Origin: Candidatus Poribacteria bacterium
GTDB lineage: Bacteria > Poribacteria > WGA-4E > WGA-3G
Direction: 5' to 3'
DNA: 64,000 bases
NCBI GenBank assembly: GCA_963663765.2
Contig: CAXXUA010000005.1
Span: 736,001 to 800,000 of the forward strand
This document shows positions 20,575 through 30,753 of the stretch, piece after piece (positions within the stretch are counted from its first letter, which is position 1; every line of letters starts with the position of its first letter). The position numbers and the translations under genes were made by a program. Below the pieces are notes generated by a model, which worked only from the letters and a program-made list of their open reading frames with translations, did not search any database and was not told the DNA's origin.

Positions 20575-22047
20575 AAGTGTATAGAAAATAGGAAGAAACC
20601 CAATAAGGATTGTTGGTACAGCAAAGATCGTTAAGAGAGCAAATGATCCTTTTGTAAAGGAAAAATCCTCTGTTTCCTCAACAGATTCAAAGTACATAGC
20701 TTTGACAATGCGTGCGTAGTAGTAGAGGGAGACGACACTGTTTATTAGACCAACAAACGCAAGCCAATATAATTTGCCTTCAAGTACTGCAGCAAATAGT
20801 ACCCATTTTCCAAAGAAACCGGCAAAGGGTGGGATGCCTGTCAATGAGAATAGGAAAATCGCCATTGCACCGGCGACTAATGGTGCACGTGAAGAAAGCC
20901 CGCGAAAGCCATCAATCATTTCACTTCCCGACTCATTCGCAATTAGGACAACAACGTAAAACGCGCCCAAGTTCATAAAGAAATAGATCACAAGATAAAA
21001 GATGATAGCACCGATCCCTTTATCAACAAACGCGGTATTACCAGTCGTCAGCAGGACAGCCGCCATCAATAGGTAACCACCGTGTGCAATGCTTGAATAT
21101 GCCAATAATCGTTTGACGTTGCGTTGTGGTAGTGCAGCGAGATTTCCAACAGTCATTGTCAGTGCAGATACTATGGCTAATAGCAAACCCCAATCAATTG
21201 CTTGCATAACTTGCGTGTTCCCAAATCCTGTATAGAAAAACCTGAGGAAAAGTGCGAATCCTGCGGCTTTTGATGCAACAGATAGGAAAGCGGTTATAGG
21301 AATAGGCGCGCCTTCGTAGACATCTGGTGACCACATGTGGAAAGGCACTGAGGCGATTTTGTAACCGACACCCGCAAGAATAAAGGTAATTGCAATCAAG
21401 ACACCGAGCGCTGTTACGTTACCATTAGCAAGCACTTCCGGTAGTTTCTGACCGATTATTGCAAGGTCACCGGACCCTACCATTCCAAAAATCAAGGACA
21501 ATCCAAATAGCATCGTTCCGGATGCCACTGCACCATAAGTGATGTATTTGAATGCTGCCTCGCTTGAACGCGGACTGTGTGTCAAAAACCCAGCGAGGAT
21601 GTAAGACGTGAGACTGACTGTCTCCAACGAAATGAATATCATCAACAAGTTTGTGGATGATGCCATTAAAAACATACCGAAGGTGACAGCTAATAATAAA
21701 GCGTAGTATTCACCTTTCAATTTTGCATCAAGTTCTTCAGAACGAAGGGAGAAAAGAATCGTTGCTGCAGTAGCGAGTAGCAAGAGGATCTTGAAAAATA
21801 CAGCGAAACCATCCAACCGAATCATACCCAAAAACAGATTCCTTGGTTCGTTAGTATCAATAACTGAATTTGTGATGATGATTGCTACTAAAGTACATCC
21901 GAGTCCAACGAGTGAGAGATAAGCGGTCTTTTGACTTTCCTTGTTTTTTATGAGCAGATCAAGGATGATAACCGCAGCAGCGAAGACAACGAGGAGTATC
22001 TCTGGCGTGAAATAAGCAAGACTTTGTATATTTTCTATGTAATCCAC
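20551..22047 (-). CDS. nuoN: NADH-quinone oxidoreductase subunit N
   Basis: SSEAAFKY, KIASVPFHMWSPDVYEGAP, KRLLAYSSIAHGGY. Confidence 0.95.
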   Translation of the reverse strand: MDYIENIQSLAYFTPEILLVVFAAAVIILDLLIKNKESQKTAYLSLVGLGCTLVAIIITNSVIDTNEPRNLFLGMIRLDGFAVFFKILLLLATAATILFSLRSEELDAKLKGEYYALLLAVTFGMFLMASSTNLLMIFISLETVSLTSYILAGFLTHSPRSSEAAFKYITYGAVASGTMLFGLSLIFGMVGSGDLAIIGQKLPEVLANGNVTALGVLIAITFILAGVGYKIASVPFHMWSPDVYEGAPIPITAFLSVASKAAGFALFLRFFYTGFGNTQVMQAIDWGLLLAIVSALTMTVGNLAALPQRNVKRLLAYSSIAHGGYLLMAAVLLTTGNTAFVDKGIGAIIFYLVIYFFMNLGAFYVVVLIANESGSEMIDGFRGLSSRAPLVAGAMAIFLFSLTGIPPFAGFFGKWVLFAAVLEGKLYWLAFVGLINSVVSLYYYARIVKAMYFESVEETEDFSFTKGSFALLTIFAVPTILIGFLPIFYTLSEKITLR

Positions 22048-22056
22048 TCACTTCTC

Positions 22057-23583
22057 CTATAATCCAGCTTGGAATGTACCCATGAGTCTGGTAAGTTCAA
22101 CGACAGATTCTCTGAACATGTCAAGTGCAAAGTTGGGCCATACACCGAGAACAATGGTGAGTATTCCGAGGGGTACCAAAGTCAGGATTTCACGTTTATT
22201 TATTTCAGGCAGTTCTTCATATTTGGGATTGAGTTTCCCAAGGAAGACTCTTTGAAGTGTCCAGAGGAAGTATGCTGCCCCTACTACAATGCCAATTGTA
22301 GACAAGATAGTCAATAGTTGGAATTTTTCAAAAGCGCCGATAAGAGATAGCACTTCGCCGACAAAACCGCTTAGGCCGGGTAAGCCCAATGATGCCATAA
22401 ACGCGAGCGTTGTAATACCTGCATAAATAGGCATTCTACCTGCCAATCCACCGAAACCGTTGATTTCACGGTGATGTGCACGGTCGTAGAGGACACCGAC
22501 AAGTAGGAAGAGCATTGCACTGATGACACCGTGATTGAACATCTGTAGGATGGCACCGTTAACCCCCATCGTATTTCGAGCGGCAAGTCCTAAGATAACA
22601 AACCCCATGTGTCCAATACTGGAATATGCGACTAACTTCTTAAAATCAGTTTGTGCCAACGCGCAGAAGGATCCATAAACAATATTAACAAACCCAAGCA
22701 ATGCCAGACTATTCCCCCAGAAACCTACACCATTGGAGAAGAATGCCATCCCTTCAGGAAACATCGCCATGTTAATCCGCACCAGTCCGTAAGTTCCCAT
22801 CTTTAAAAGGACACCTGCAAGAATAACACTAATCGCAGTTGGAGCTTCAACGTGTGCATCCGGTAGCCATGTATGGAATGGGAAGATTGGTACTTTGACA
22901 GCAAACCCGATAAAGAAACCGAGGAAAACCCACATTTGGAAGGTTGGATCAGCCAGAGCATGTCCGGGTGTACTCGCCAACGTGATGAGTGTTGGAATGT
23001 CAAATGTCCGTTCTCCCGGAATACCACTGTTAAGGTACACAGCAATCAAGGCAACTAACATCAGTACGCTGCCAAATAGCGTATAGAGGAAGAATTTAAT
23101 TGCAGCGTATTCCCTACGCGGTCCGCCCCACACACCGATCAGGAAATACATCGGTAAAAGAGTGAGTTCAAAGAAAACAAAGAACAGGAACAGATCCATC
23201 GCAGCGAAAAAGCCTAACATCCCTGTTTCTAATAACAGGAACAATGCCATATATGCCTTAATGCCTTTTTCTATATTTCGCCAAGAGGCAAGGACACAGA
23301 TAGGACCTAACAGAGCAGTGAGAAGTACTAACGTTACGCTTAAACCGTCAAGAGCGACGTAATACTTGATATTGAATGTCCCAATCCAATTAAAAGGACC
23401 GAGTGCGTATTGATCCCCCGACAATGTACGATCATAGTCAATAAACATATATACTGCGATCAGGAGCGGAATTAGCGTAAAACCCAGCGTGACGCGTTTG
23501 ATAAGTTCCTCAGAGTCACGTGGTAAGAGTAAGACAACGATCATCCCAAGCAGGGGGACAAAAATCATTAGAGACAATAACAT
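22057..23583 (-). CDS. nuoM: NADH-quinone oxidoreductase subunit M
   Basis: AAIKFFLYT, KVPIFPFHTWLPDAHVEAP, LLKMG. Confidence 0.95.
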   Translation of the reverse strand: MLLSLMIFVPLLGMIVVLLLPRDSEELIKRVTLGFTLIPLLIAVYMFIDYDRTLSGDQYALGPFNWIGTFNIKYYVALDGLSVTLVLLTALLGPICVLASWRNIEKGIKAYMALFLLLETGMLGFFAAMDLFLFFVFFELTLLPMYFLIGVWGGPRREYAAIKFFLYTLFGSVLMLVALIAVYLNSGIPGERTFDIPTLITLASTPGHALADPTFQMWVFLGFFIGFAVKVPIFPFHTWLPDAHVEAPTAISVILAGVLLKMGTYGLVRINMAMFPEGMAFFSNGVGFWGNSLALLGFVNIVYGSFCALAQTDFKKLVAYSSIGHMGFVILGLAARNTMGVNGAILQMFNHGVISAMLFLLVGVLYDRAHHREINGFGGLAGRMPIYAGITTLAFMASLGLPGLSGFVGEVLSLIGAFEKFQLLTILSTIGIVVGAAYFLWTLQRVFLGKLNPKYEELPEINKREILTLVPLGILTIVLGVWPNFALDMFRESVVELTRLMGTFQAGL

Positions 23584-23633
23584 TTAGTGGGAATCCTCCT
23601 TATCCCATCAGGACAGTATTTCATGGGTTTCAA

Positions 23634-25844
23634 CTACAATGCCCGAAAAATCAAAATTATCAACACGATCCCTCCGAGAACAACGAAGAGATATGTTTGT
23701 ATTGCTCCTGTTTGTATTCTGCGGATTCTACCGCCAGCTGCCCACGTAACCTCTGCTACTCGGTTGACGATTCCATCAATAACACGATTGTCAAAGAAGC
23801 CGATAAATGCAGCGAATATTTGCCGTGTGATCGTTGAAACACCGTTGACGATACCGTCAACGACAGAAAGGTCAAATTTTGCAAGAAGTCGGGACTTCCA
23901 TACCGTCAGCGCGACTAAAACGCCATCGTAAAATTCGTCAAAATAGTATTTGTTCCAAAAAAGGTTGTAGACCGGACTGAACTTTGTTGCGACTGCTTCG
24001 GCAGAAAACCTTCGTCTATGATAGAACAACCAAGAAAGTAGTATGCCTAAACCTGCGACAATGATAGACAGAGCCATTGCAATATTATGTGCAACCTCAT
24101 GTATATGATGTGCATCATCAGCATGTTCTGAGTCTTTTCCGCTATCTTCTTCAGCTGCTTCTGCATCGGAAATACCGAAGAGTGAGATGGCAATTTTAGC
24201 GTCACCTGTTTTAGAGTCAGGTGAAACATAAGCATGTGTCGGTGCATGAAGATGGACTTGTTCTGGTGGTTTAAAATTGTCTTTGTTGAACCAGAAATGG
24301 TTGACGACAGGAAAACTCAAGGCTGCTAAAACGATAAGCGGCACTGTCATTGTCCACGGGGATTCGTGTGCCATATTGTGCATTTCTTGATTACGCGGTT
24401 CACCGAAAAAGGTCATGAATATCAGACGAAACATATAAAATGCTGTTATACATGCTGCCAGAAGTGCAATGCCGAATAGGATATAATGATGGATAGAGTT
24501 CCATTCCATTGCGCGTCCGAGCACACCCCCTAAAATCTTATCTTTACTCCAGAAACCTGAAAAGATAAAAGGCACACCAGAAATAGACAAAGTTGCGATG
24601 AGCATTGTAATAAAGGTAATTGGCATCTTGCGACGGAGTCCACCCATATTACGCATATCTTGGTCCGGTGGGATTTCAGAACCGTGTGCATGAACTAATC
24701 CGTGGTCATCGTGTTCATGTTCTGCATTGTCTTCGTGTTCGTTGTCATCATGATGTGCGTGCATTGCGTGGAAGGCGTGGATGACGCTTCCAGAACCGAG
24801 AAACAGTAGTGCCTTGAAAAATGCGTGTGTGGTAAGATGAAAAAGACCGGCAACATAACTACCAGCACCAATTGCCAGCATCATATACCCCAATTGGCTA
24901 ATCGTAGAATATGCCAAAACGCGCTTGATGTCAAACCGGACGATGGCTATGGTCGCGGCGACGATAGCGGTAATACCTCCAACATAAGCGATGACCAGAG
25001 AGGAGGTCGCTGTCAAAATAGGGAACATCCGCGCCGTTAGATACACGCCTGCGGCAACCATTGTTGCGGCGTGAATTAACGCACTGACAGGTGTAGGACC
25101 TTCCATCGCATCAGGTAGCCATGTGTGCAGTGGCATCTGTGCGGATTTACCTATAGCACCACAGAAGATGAGAATGCCAGCGATAGAAAGCCAGACCATA
25201 TCTCCAGTTGTTAATGATGCCGCAAGTGTAAAGATGCCGTCTTGTGCACCATCGTAAAGCGAAAACGTCCTGAATTTAGTAAAGAGCATCATCATGCCGA
25301 TAAACATACCGACATCACCGACACGTGTTGTCAGAAACGCTTTCTTACATGCATTTGCAGCGGTGTCCTTTTCAAACCAAAACCCGATGAGCAGATAGGA
25401 GCAGAGACCGACAAGTTCCCAACCGATATAGATACCGAGTAGGTTATCCGACACCACCAAGAACAACATTGAAAATGAGAAGAGTGAAAGATATGCAAAG
25501 AACCTTGGATACCTCGGATCCCCATGCATATAACCTATAGAGAAGATATGCACAAGACTACTGACCAGTGTAACCACAATCAGCATAATCACGGTAACAC
25601 TGTCGAGGTAAAATCCCATTGATAAAGTGATGTTCCCGAGTGAAAGCCATTTGACAGTATGCGGTTTTGGATCGGGTGCTATCTCATTCATTAAATAGAG
25701 GGAACAACCGAGAGCAACCAGCATTGCAGCGGTTGACAAAAGGTCTTGGCGTGGGAAACTCCGTTTTGCTAAACCCAGAAATGCAAAGATCGCAAAGGAT
25801 GCAAGTGGAGCAAGTAAGATGATACTAATTAAGGGAACAACCAT
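23634..25844 (-). CDS. nuoL: NADH-quinone oxidoreductase subunit L
   Basis: GKSAQMPLHTWLPDAMEGPTPVSALIHAATMV, HAFFKALLFL. Confidence 0.95.
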   Translation of the reverse strand: MVVPLISIILLAPLASFAIFAFLGLAKRSFPRQDLLSTAAMLVALGCSLYLMNEIAPDPKPHTVKWLSLGNITLSMGFYLDSVTVIMLIVVTLVSSLVHIFSIGYMHGDPRYPRFFAYLSLFSFSMLFLVVSDNLLGIYIGWELVGLCSYLLIGFWFEKDTAANACKKAFLTTRVGDVGMFIGMMMLFTKFRTFSLYDGAQDGIFTLAASLTTGDMVWLSIAGILIFCGAIGKSAQMPLHTWLPDAMEGPTPVSALIHAATMVAAGVYLTARMFPILTATSSLVIAYVGGITAIVAATIAIVRFDIKRVLAYSTISQLGYMMLAIGAGSYVAGLFHLTTHAFFKALLFLGSGSVIHAFHAMHAHHDDNEHEDNAEHEHDDHGLVHAHGSEIPPDQDMRNMGGLRRKMPITFITMLIATLSISGVPFIFSGFWSKDKILGGVLGRAMEWNSIHHYILFGIALLAACITAFYMFRLIFMTFFGEPRNQEMHNMAHESPWTMTVPLIVLAALSFPVVNHFWFNKDNFKPPEQVHLHAPTHAYVSPDSKTGDAKIAISLFGISDAEAAEEDSGKDSEHADDAHHIHEVAHNIAMALSIIVAGLGILLSWLFYHRRRFSAEAVATKFSPVYNLFWNKYYFDEFYDGVLVALTVWKSRLLAKFDLSVVDGIVNGVSTITRQIFAAFIGFFDNRVIDGIVNRVAEVTWAAGGRIRRIQTGAIQTYLFVVLGGIVLIILIFRAL

Positions 25845-25855
25845 ATTGTTTCGTT

Positions 25856-26185
25856 TTAACCTTTCAAGGTATCCACGTCATCTGGACGTATACTACCGAA
25901 TTCACGGTAAATAGCGAGAATAATTGCGAGAAAAACTGCTGCTTCTGCTGCTGCAAGGACAATACCAAAGATTGCTATAATTTGACCGTCAATGTTTTGA
26001 ATTATTTTCCCATCAACTTCTTTAATCGTAACAAAACGTGAAAACGCAGCGAAATTGAGATTACATGAATTGAGGATGAGTTCAATACCCATCAAAATGC
26101 TGATAGCGTTTCGCCGAGTCAGTACTGCGAAAATACCGAGTGTAAAGAGAATGGAACTGATGACCAAATAGTGTTGTAGACTCAT
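25856..26185 (-). CDS. nuoK: NADH-quinone oxidoreductase subunit K
   Basis: RRNAISILMGIELILN, AAAEAAV. Confidence 0.93.
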   Translation of the reverse strand: MSLQHYLVISSILFTLGIFAVLTRRNAISILMGIELILNSCNLNFAAFSRFVTIKEVDGKIIQNIDGQIIAIFGIVLAAAEAAVFLAIILAIYREFGSIRPDDVDTLKG

Positions 26186-26209
26186 GTTATCCTAAAGACT
26201 CAACGGGAA

Positions 26210-26728
26210 TTAGTCCCGAACCTCCTTGCGAGAAATAAGAGCAGCACCGATCAACGCCACTAACAGCAGAACGGAGACGACTTCAAACGGTAGTAAAAAC
26301 TTTTCTTGCAGAATCAGTTCTCCGATTCGTTCAGTTGTCGGCGCGAGTTGTATCCCGTCATCCGTTCGATTTTTCCAACCGGGTGTATTTGCGATAACTG
26401 TTAGCAGCAACATTAATAGTGCCAATGAAATACCGGCACCTAATAACAGTTGTCCGCGTTCTATGTGGATACGCATCTCTAACCTTCCGCTTGTCATCAT
26501 CACACCAAAAAGGATAAGCACAAGAATACCACCGACATAGACAATCACCTGTGTTGCAGCGAGGAAGTCTGCCTGTAGAAAGACATATAATCCTGCTACC
26601 CCAAACAGAGTAACCATCAGCGCAAACGCCGCGTGTACAATGTTTCGAACAGTGACGACTGCGAACGCCGAGGCAATTGTTATGAGTGCGAATCCATAAA
26701 AGATAAAGGTTTTAAGTGTAAAATCCAT
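26210..26728 (-). CDS. nuoJ: NADH-quinone oxidoreductase subunit J
   Basis: QVIVYVGGILVL, LLPFEVVSVLLLVALIGA. Confidence 0.93.
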   Translation of the reverse strand: MDFTLKTFIFYGFALITIASAFAVVTVRNIVHAAFALMVTLFGVAGLYVFLQADFLAATQVIVYVGGILVLILFGVMMTSGRLEMRIHIERGQLLLGAGISLALLMLLLTVIANTPGWKNRTDDGIQLAPTTERIGELILQEKFLLPFEVVSVLLLVALIGAALISRKEVRD

Positions 26729-26759
26729 ATCATGTAGTTCTCAGCGAATCAATCAAATA

Positions 26760-27335
26760 CTATTCTCCAGGAACTAACCTTAATTCTGATGGTTCACCTA
26801 CCAGATAGTAAGAGAATTGAAATCCTTGTGGAACGACGTATCCATCGTCAAGTTGAAATGGTGGAAGATCTAGAGCACCAATACCATCATCTGTAAAACG
26901 ATTGAGTGCATAATTTATCGTAGTGTTTAGTCTCATTATTTCCCGAGACCCGCTACCTTTTGCTTTGTCATATTTTATTTCCATAGAGGTGTTTTCAAAA
27001 TTGAGTATCGCTACATACATAGTGCTATAGGCGGCATCACCAGATAAAGCCCAATCTTCACGGTCTAACCCTACAACTAAATCCCCATGTGAAGGAGCGG
27101 GAGCCGCCTTAAGTCTCCACCAAATATTTTCCGCATCCTCACGAGTTTTCTCAATAGTGATGACTGGAATTTCATCTCGTGGTATTAAGCTGTTTACAAT
27201 TGGCGAGTTTTCTCCTTCTAAGCCGTTCTGAGGGTCAAGCACGTTGGCATTATTGTCTTCTGCGTCGCCACCGCAACCCAAAATAACTAATCCACTCAAC
27301 AAAAACAAGATTGAAAAAAATGTGTAAAATCTCAT
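26760..27335 (-). CDS. Hypothetical lipoprotein within nuo operon
   Basis: MRFYTFF..VILGC lipobox; acidic mature part. Confidence 0.7.
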   Translation of the reverse strand: MRFYTFFSILFLLSGLVILGCGGDAEDNNANVLDPQNGLEGENSPIVNSLIPRDEIPVITIEKTREDAENIWWRLKAAPAPSHGDLVVGLDREDWALSGDAAYSTMYVAILNFENTSMEIKYDKAKGSGSREIMRLNTTINYALNRFTDDGIGALDLPPFQLDDGYVVPQGFQFSYYLVGEPSELRLVPGE

Positions 27336-27447
27336 AGACGAATTCCTTTTTAAAATATAGAATAGCATTGCAATTGCTATCTTGCAAATTGTCGTAAAAC
27401 TTTCCTAATCTGCAGCCTCTGTGTTATCCGCTTCGTCTTTATCGTAC

Positions 27448-27569
27448 CAGGACTTACGCACCCAACGGTAGGCGTGCTTTGTAAGCGCGCCGGAAACCGA
27501 AAAAATGCTGAAAATTACACCATTTTCGTCATAATTCTTCATCAAATCATGAAATCTGCGTAAGTCCTG
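27448..27569. mobile_element. 122-bp IS701-type MITE inserted in nuoI 3' end
   Basis: TIR CAGGACTTACGCA / TGCGTAAGTCCTG; 5-bp TSD CGTAC (27443-27447, 27570-27574); REP-A inside. Confidence 0.92.
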
Positions 27570-28251
27570 CGTACATCTCTTGTTTGTCAAAATTGAAAAT
27601 TAAGTCTGTGCGGTCAAAACTTGAGTACTCAATACCTTCAAGTGAATCTTTCATAACAAGGCATTGTGTAGGACACACTTCCGTGCAAAGTCCGCAATAC
27701 ATACATAACGACATATCAATATCAAACTGGTCAAGATAGAAAACAACAGGGTTTCGGGTAATGACACTGGAGATTTCATCTGTAGTAACGGTCTGTGTCC
27801 TGCTTTCATCTTCTGATGCTTCCAAACGATCAACTACCTCTTGCGATCCTAAACGCGTGCTGATATTTGTAATCGTTACAGACTCTTCTGACATAATCTT
27901 TTTGTCGTCGCCTTCAATGATGCCGATGATTTCGCGTCCATCCTTGAGATGCACGACGTTCATGCTGTCCCAGAGTTGTTCACCTTTAGGCAGTTTTGTG
28001 CCGGTGATCGTAATACAATCCACAGGACAAATCATTTCACACTTTTTACACCCGATGCAATCCTCAATTCGATTGTAGAGTTGACCGCGATACCCTTTCG
28101 GAATCTCTCGGACGTTCTGTTTTTTCTCAAAATCGTGTTCGTAAGGATATTGGTGTGTCACATTGGGTTCAAAGAACTGGCGAATTGTAATCCGCATGCC
28201 AACGAGAACGGTGTAAACCCCTTTGTAAATGTTACGTATATATTTGTCCAT
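27547..28251 (-). CDS. nuoI: NADH-quinone oxidoreductase subunit I (internal insertion; MITE-altered C-terminus)
   Basis: CIGCKKCEMICP and CMYCGLCTEVCP 4Fe-4S motifs; VTHQYPYE. Confidence 0.92.
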   Translation of the reverse strand: MDKYIRNIYKGVYTVLVGMRITIRQFFEPNVTHQYPYEHDFEKKQNVREIPKGYRGQLYNRIEDCIGCKKCEMICPVDCITITGTKLPKGEQLWDSMNVVHLKDGREIIGIIEGDDKKIMSEESVTITNISTRLGSQEVVDRLEASEDESRTQTVTTDEISSVITRNPVVFYLDQFDIDMSLCMYCGLCTEVCPTQCLVMKDSLEGIEYSSFDRTDLIFNFDKQEMYAGLTQIS

Positions 28252-28301
28252 AACAAACGTTCCTTTGTAGGTCTATAGTTTCCTACCATTAAAGATGTTG
28301 A

Positions 28302-28604
28302 CTACCAACCGTAACCCATGTTAACCAATTGTTCAAGAAGTTTATAGATAAATACTGTACTAAAACTTCCACACATAAACATATTAAATTTGGGAAATAT
28401 ATTCGCTAAAATGAAAATTAAGGATCCTATTAAACTAAATCCACTAACAATTAATTGCATTATATTCTTTTCCCATCCAACTGAATCACCGACAAGACCG
28501 CCTATAATTCCAAAACATATTAATAACAACGCGATTACACCAAATACAACTCGTAATTTCACATCCGATTTCATAAGGTTCAAAACATTTTTTGCAGTGT
28601 TCAT
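28302..28604 (-). CDS. Small hypothetical membrane protein
   Basis: Three hydrophobic segments; GAGG RBS; AT-rich. Confidence 0.55.
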   Translation of the reverse strand: MNTAKNVLNLMKSDVKLRVVFGVIALLLICFGIIGGLVGDSVGWEKNIMQLIVSGFSLIGSLIFILANIFPKFNMFMCGSFSTVFIYKLLEQLVNMGYGW

Positions 28605-28650
28605 AATGTCCTCTGAATTAACTTAGCAATTTCTATCCACAAAAACCAAT

Positions 28651-28816
28651 CAGGACTTACGCACCCAACAGTAGGCGGGGAATGCCTAAACGGCATTCAT
28701 ACCGTTGATTTCTTGATTTGGTGCTTTGTAAGCGCGCCGGAAACCTAAAAAATGCTGAAAATTACATCGTTTTCGTCTTAATTCTTGATTGGATCATGAA
28801 AACTCCGTAAGTCCTG
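28651..28816. mobile_element. 166-bp IS701-type MITE with REP-A and 44-bp micro-element
   Basis: Same TIRs; 5-bp TSD CCAAT. Closely matches the 27448 MITE plus an insert at 28677-28720. Confidence 0.9.
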
Positions 28817-28899
28817 CCAATGTATTTATTGTAGATAATGTTTTTTTACTGAACTCGGTTGTGGTTCCGGTTTTTGTACCAGACATCTTCCTGAATAAA

Positions 28900-29436
28900 C
28901 TACAACCCGAAACCTAACTCCAAAATTACAAAAACAAGTAGTAGACCGCTCATTAAAAAACCCGATTTATGTAACTTCCGATCTCCTGCAAATAGCTCAC
29001 TAAACAATGCCCCAAACCAAATCCCGATGCACGCCAAACTTTGTCCTAAAATCAGTCCCCAAGTATCTAGCCAGTGAATATTAAAAACCAAAGCCATTGA
29101 ATTGTTTAGAGCCACAATTAATACGCCGGAGAGTAGTAGTGAAAAGCCTGATATTAAAACGGTTTTTTCACGTATGCTATCAAGTATTATTCTTTTACCA
29201 CATTCTTTACAACGTCTTCTGATAAACGCTAATACAACGAAACCAAGACATGCAAAACATATACCTAAAACCAGACCCAGAATAGGTAACCAACGAGAAG
29301 TAACAGCGTCTACTACAATTAAATCGTCAAAGACCACAATCGCAAATATGAGTAAAACAGTTGACGCTCTTTTTGCATAACTGACAATTCTTTCCTGTTT
29401 CATACTACTCAAAACTTTCGTACCAGTAGTCACCAT
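28900..29436 (-). CDS. Hypothetical membrane protein with CxxC
   Basis: About 5 TM segments, CKECG; AGGAGG RBS. Confidence 0.6.
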   Translation of the reverse strand: MVTTGTKVLSSMKQERIVSYAKRASTVLLIFAIVVFDDLIVVDAVTSRWLPILGLVLGICFACLGFVVLAFIRRRCKECGKRIILDSIREKTVLISGFSLLLSGVLIVALNNSMALVFNIHWLDTWGLILGQSLACIGIWFGALFSELFAGDRKLHKSGFLMSGLLLVFVILELGFGL

Positions 29437-29482
29437 ACACCTCCTATTACAGACACATAAACTATTATTAGTGCTGTTCTAT

Positions 29483-30709
29483 CTATACTGTGTTTGGTTG
29501 TGGTTCAGGTTTTCGTGCAAGATTCCTTCCAGCAAATGCATAAGCTCCGATGAGTCCCACATAGATAATTGCACAACTGATGCCAATACTCCACACATCA
29601 TCATGTTCAAAGATCAATCCCCAAACACCTGTACCTAAGATATTAAAGAATGAAATTGGGATAAAGTATTTCCAGCACAAGTTCATGAGTTGGTCAACGC
29701 GCAGACGTGGGAGTGTCCATCTCAACCACATCATCACGAAGACAAGTCCTAATGATTTGAGAACAAACCCTGGTAATCCTCCGAGGAAGTCATAACCCGG
29801 TAAGATTCCTTCATATCCACCGAGGAACAGTGTTACACCGATTGCACTTACCGCAAACATATTCGCATATTCAGCGATAAAAAAGAGGGCAAAACGCATA
29901 CCACTATATTCGGTGTGGAATCCAGCAACGATCTCCGACTCGGCTTCTGGTAAATCAAATGGCGTTCTGTTCACCTCAGCAATAGATGAGATAAAGAAAA
30001 TAAAGAATGCAATAAACGTGAAAGGTGACCGAAAAATGAGCCATGTGAAAATACCGCCATCTTGACTCCCGACAATTTCACTCATACTCAAACTTTGAAC
30101 AAGCATGACGACTGTCAAAATGGAGAGTCCAAGAGGGATTTCATAACTGACAATTTGTGCAGCAGAACGTAATGCACCTAACAGAGACCATTTGCTATTT
30201 GATGACCAACCTGCCATTATGACTCCCATAACAATCACAGATGAGATCGCCATAATGTAGAAAATACCGATATTAAAGTCGCTTACTAAGATGTTCTGAC
30301 CAAATGGTATTGCAGCGAAAACTGCAAAGGAACAAGCAAATATAATATAAGGAGCAAGTAAGAAAAGGACTTTATCGCCTTGTGGTGGGATAAAGTCCTC
30401 CTTGAATATGAGTTTTATGCCATCCGCTAAGGTTTGCAATGTTCCCCAAGGTCCAACACGCATGGGACCAGTTCGATTTTGAAAACGTGCAGCGACTTTC
30501 CGCTCTGCGAGCACTAACACCAATGGGAGTAATGGCACAAGAGCGACAAAAATACCTGCACATGCTATCATCACAAGAACTGAACCCAACTGCACAGGAA
30601 AATCAGGAAATATGGGAAGAATTACATTCTGTACAATATCTGTTGCCCAATTTGTTCCATCCTGCACGCTTATATTGTGAAAGAAACCATCCGAAAAAAT
30701 ATCTGGCAT
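29483..30709 (-). CDS. nuoH: NADH-quinone oxidoreductase subunit H
   Basis: ERKVAARFQNRTGP, AEVNRTPFDLPEAESE, TLPRLRVDQLM. Confidence 0.96.
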   Translation of the reverse strand: MPDIFSDGFFHNISVQDGTNWATDIVQNVILPIFPDFPVQLGSVLVMIACAGIFVALVPLLPLVLVLAERKVAARFQNRTGPMRVGPWGTLQTLADGIKLIFKEDFIPPQGDKVLFLLAPYIIFACSFAVFAAIPFGQNILVSDFNIGIFYIMAISSVIVMGVIMAGWSSNSKWSLLGALRSAAQIVSYEIPLGLSILTVVMLVQSLSMSEIVGSQDGGIFTWLIFRSPFTFIAFFIFFISSIAEVNRTPFDLPEAESEIVAGFHTEYSGMRFALFFIAEYANMFAVSAIGVTLFLGGYEGILPGYDFLGGLPGFVLKSLGLVFVMMWLRWTLPRLRVDQLMNLCWKYFIPISFFNILGTGVWGLIFEHDDVWSIGISCAIIYVGLIGAYAFAGRNLARKPEPQPNTV

Positions 30710-30753
30710 CTTACCTCCAATCCCATAGGTAACATCATCTGTGATAAGACAGT

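Noticed and set aside
27405-27590. 61-aa ORF between nuoI and the lipoprotein gene
   Set aside because: Made of MITE sequence fused to the orphaned nuoI tail.
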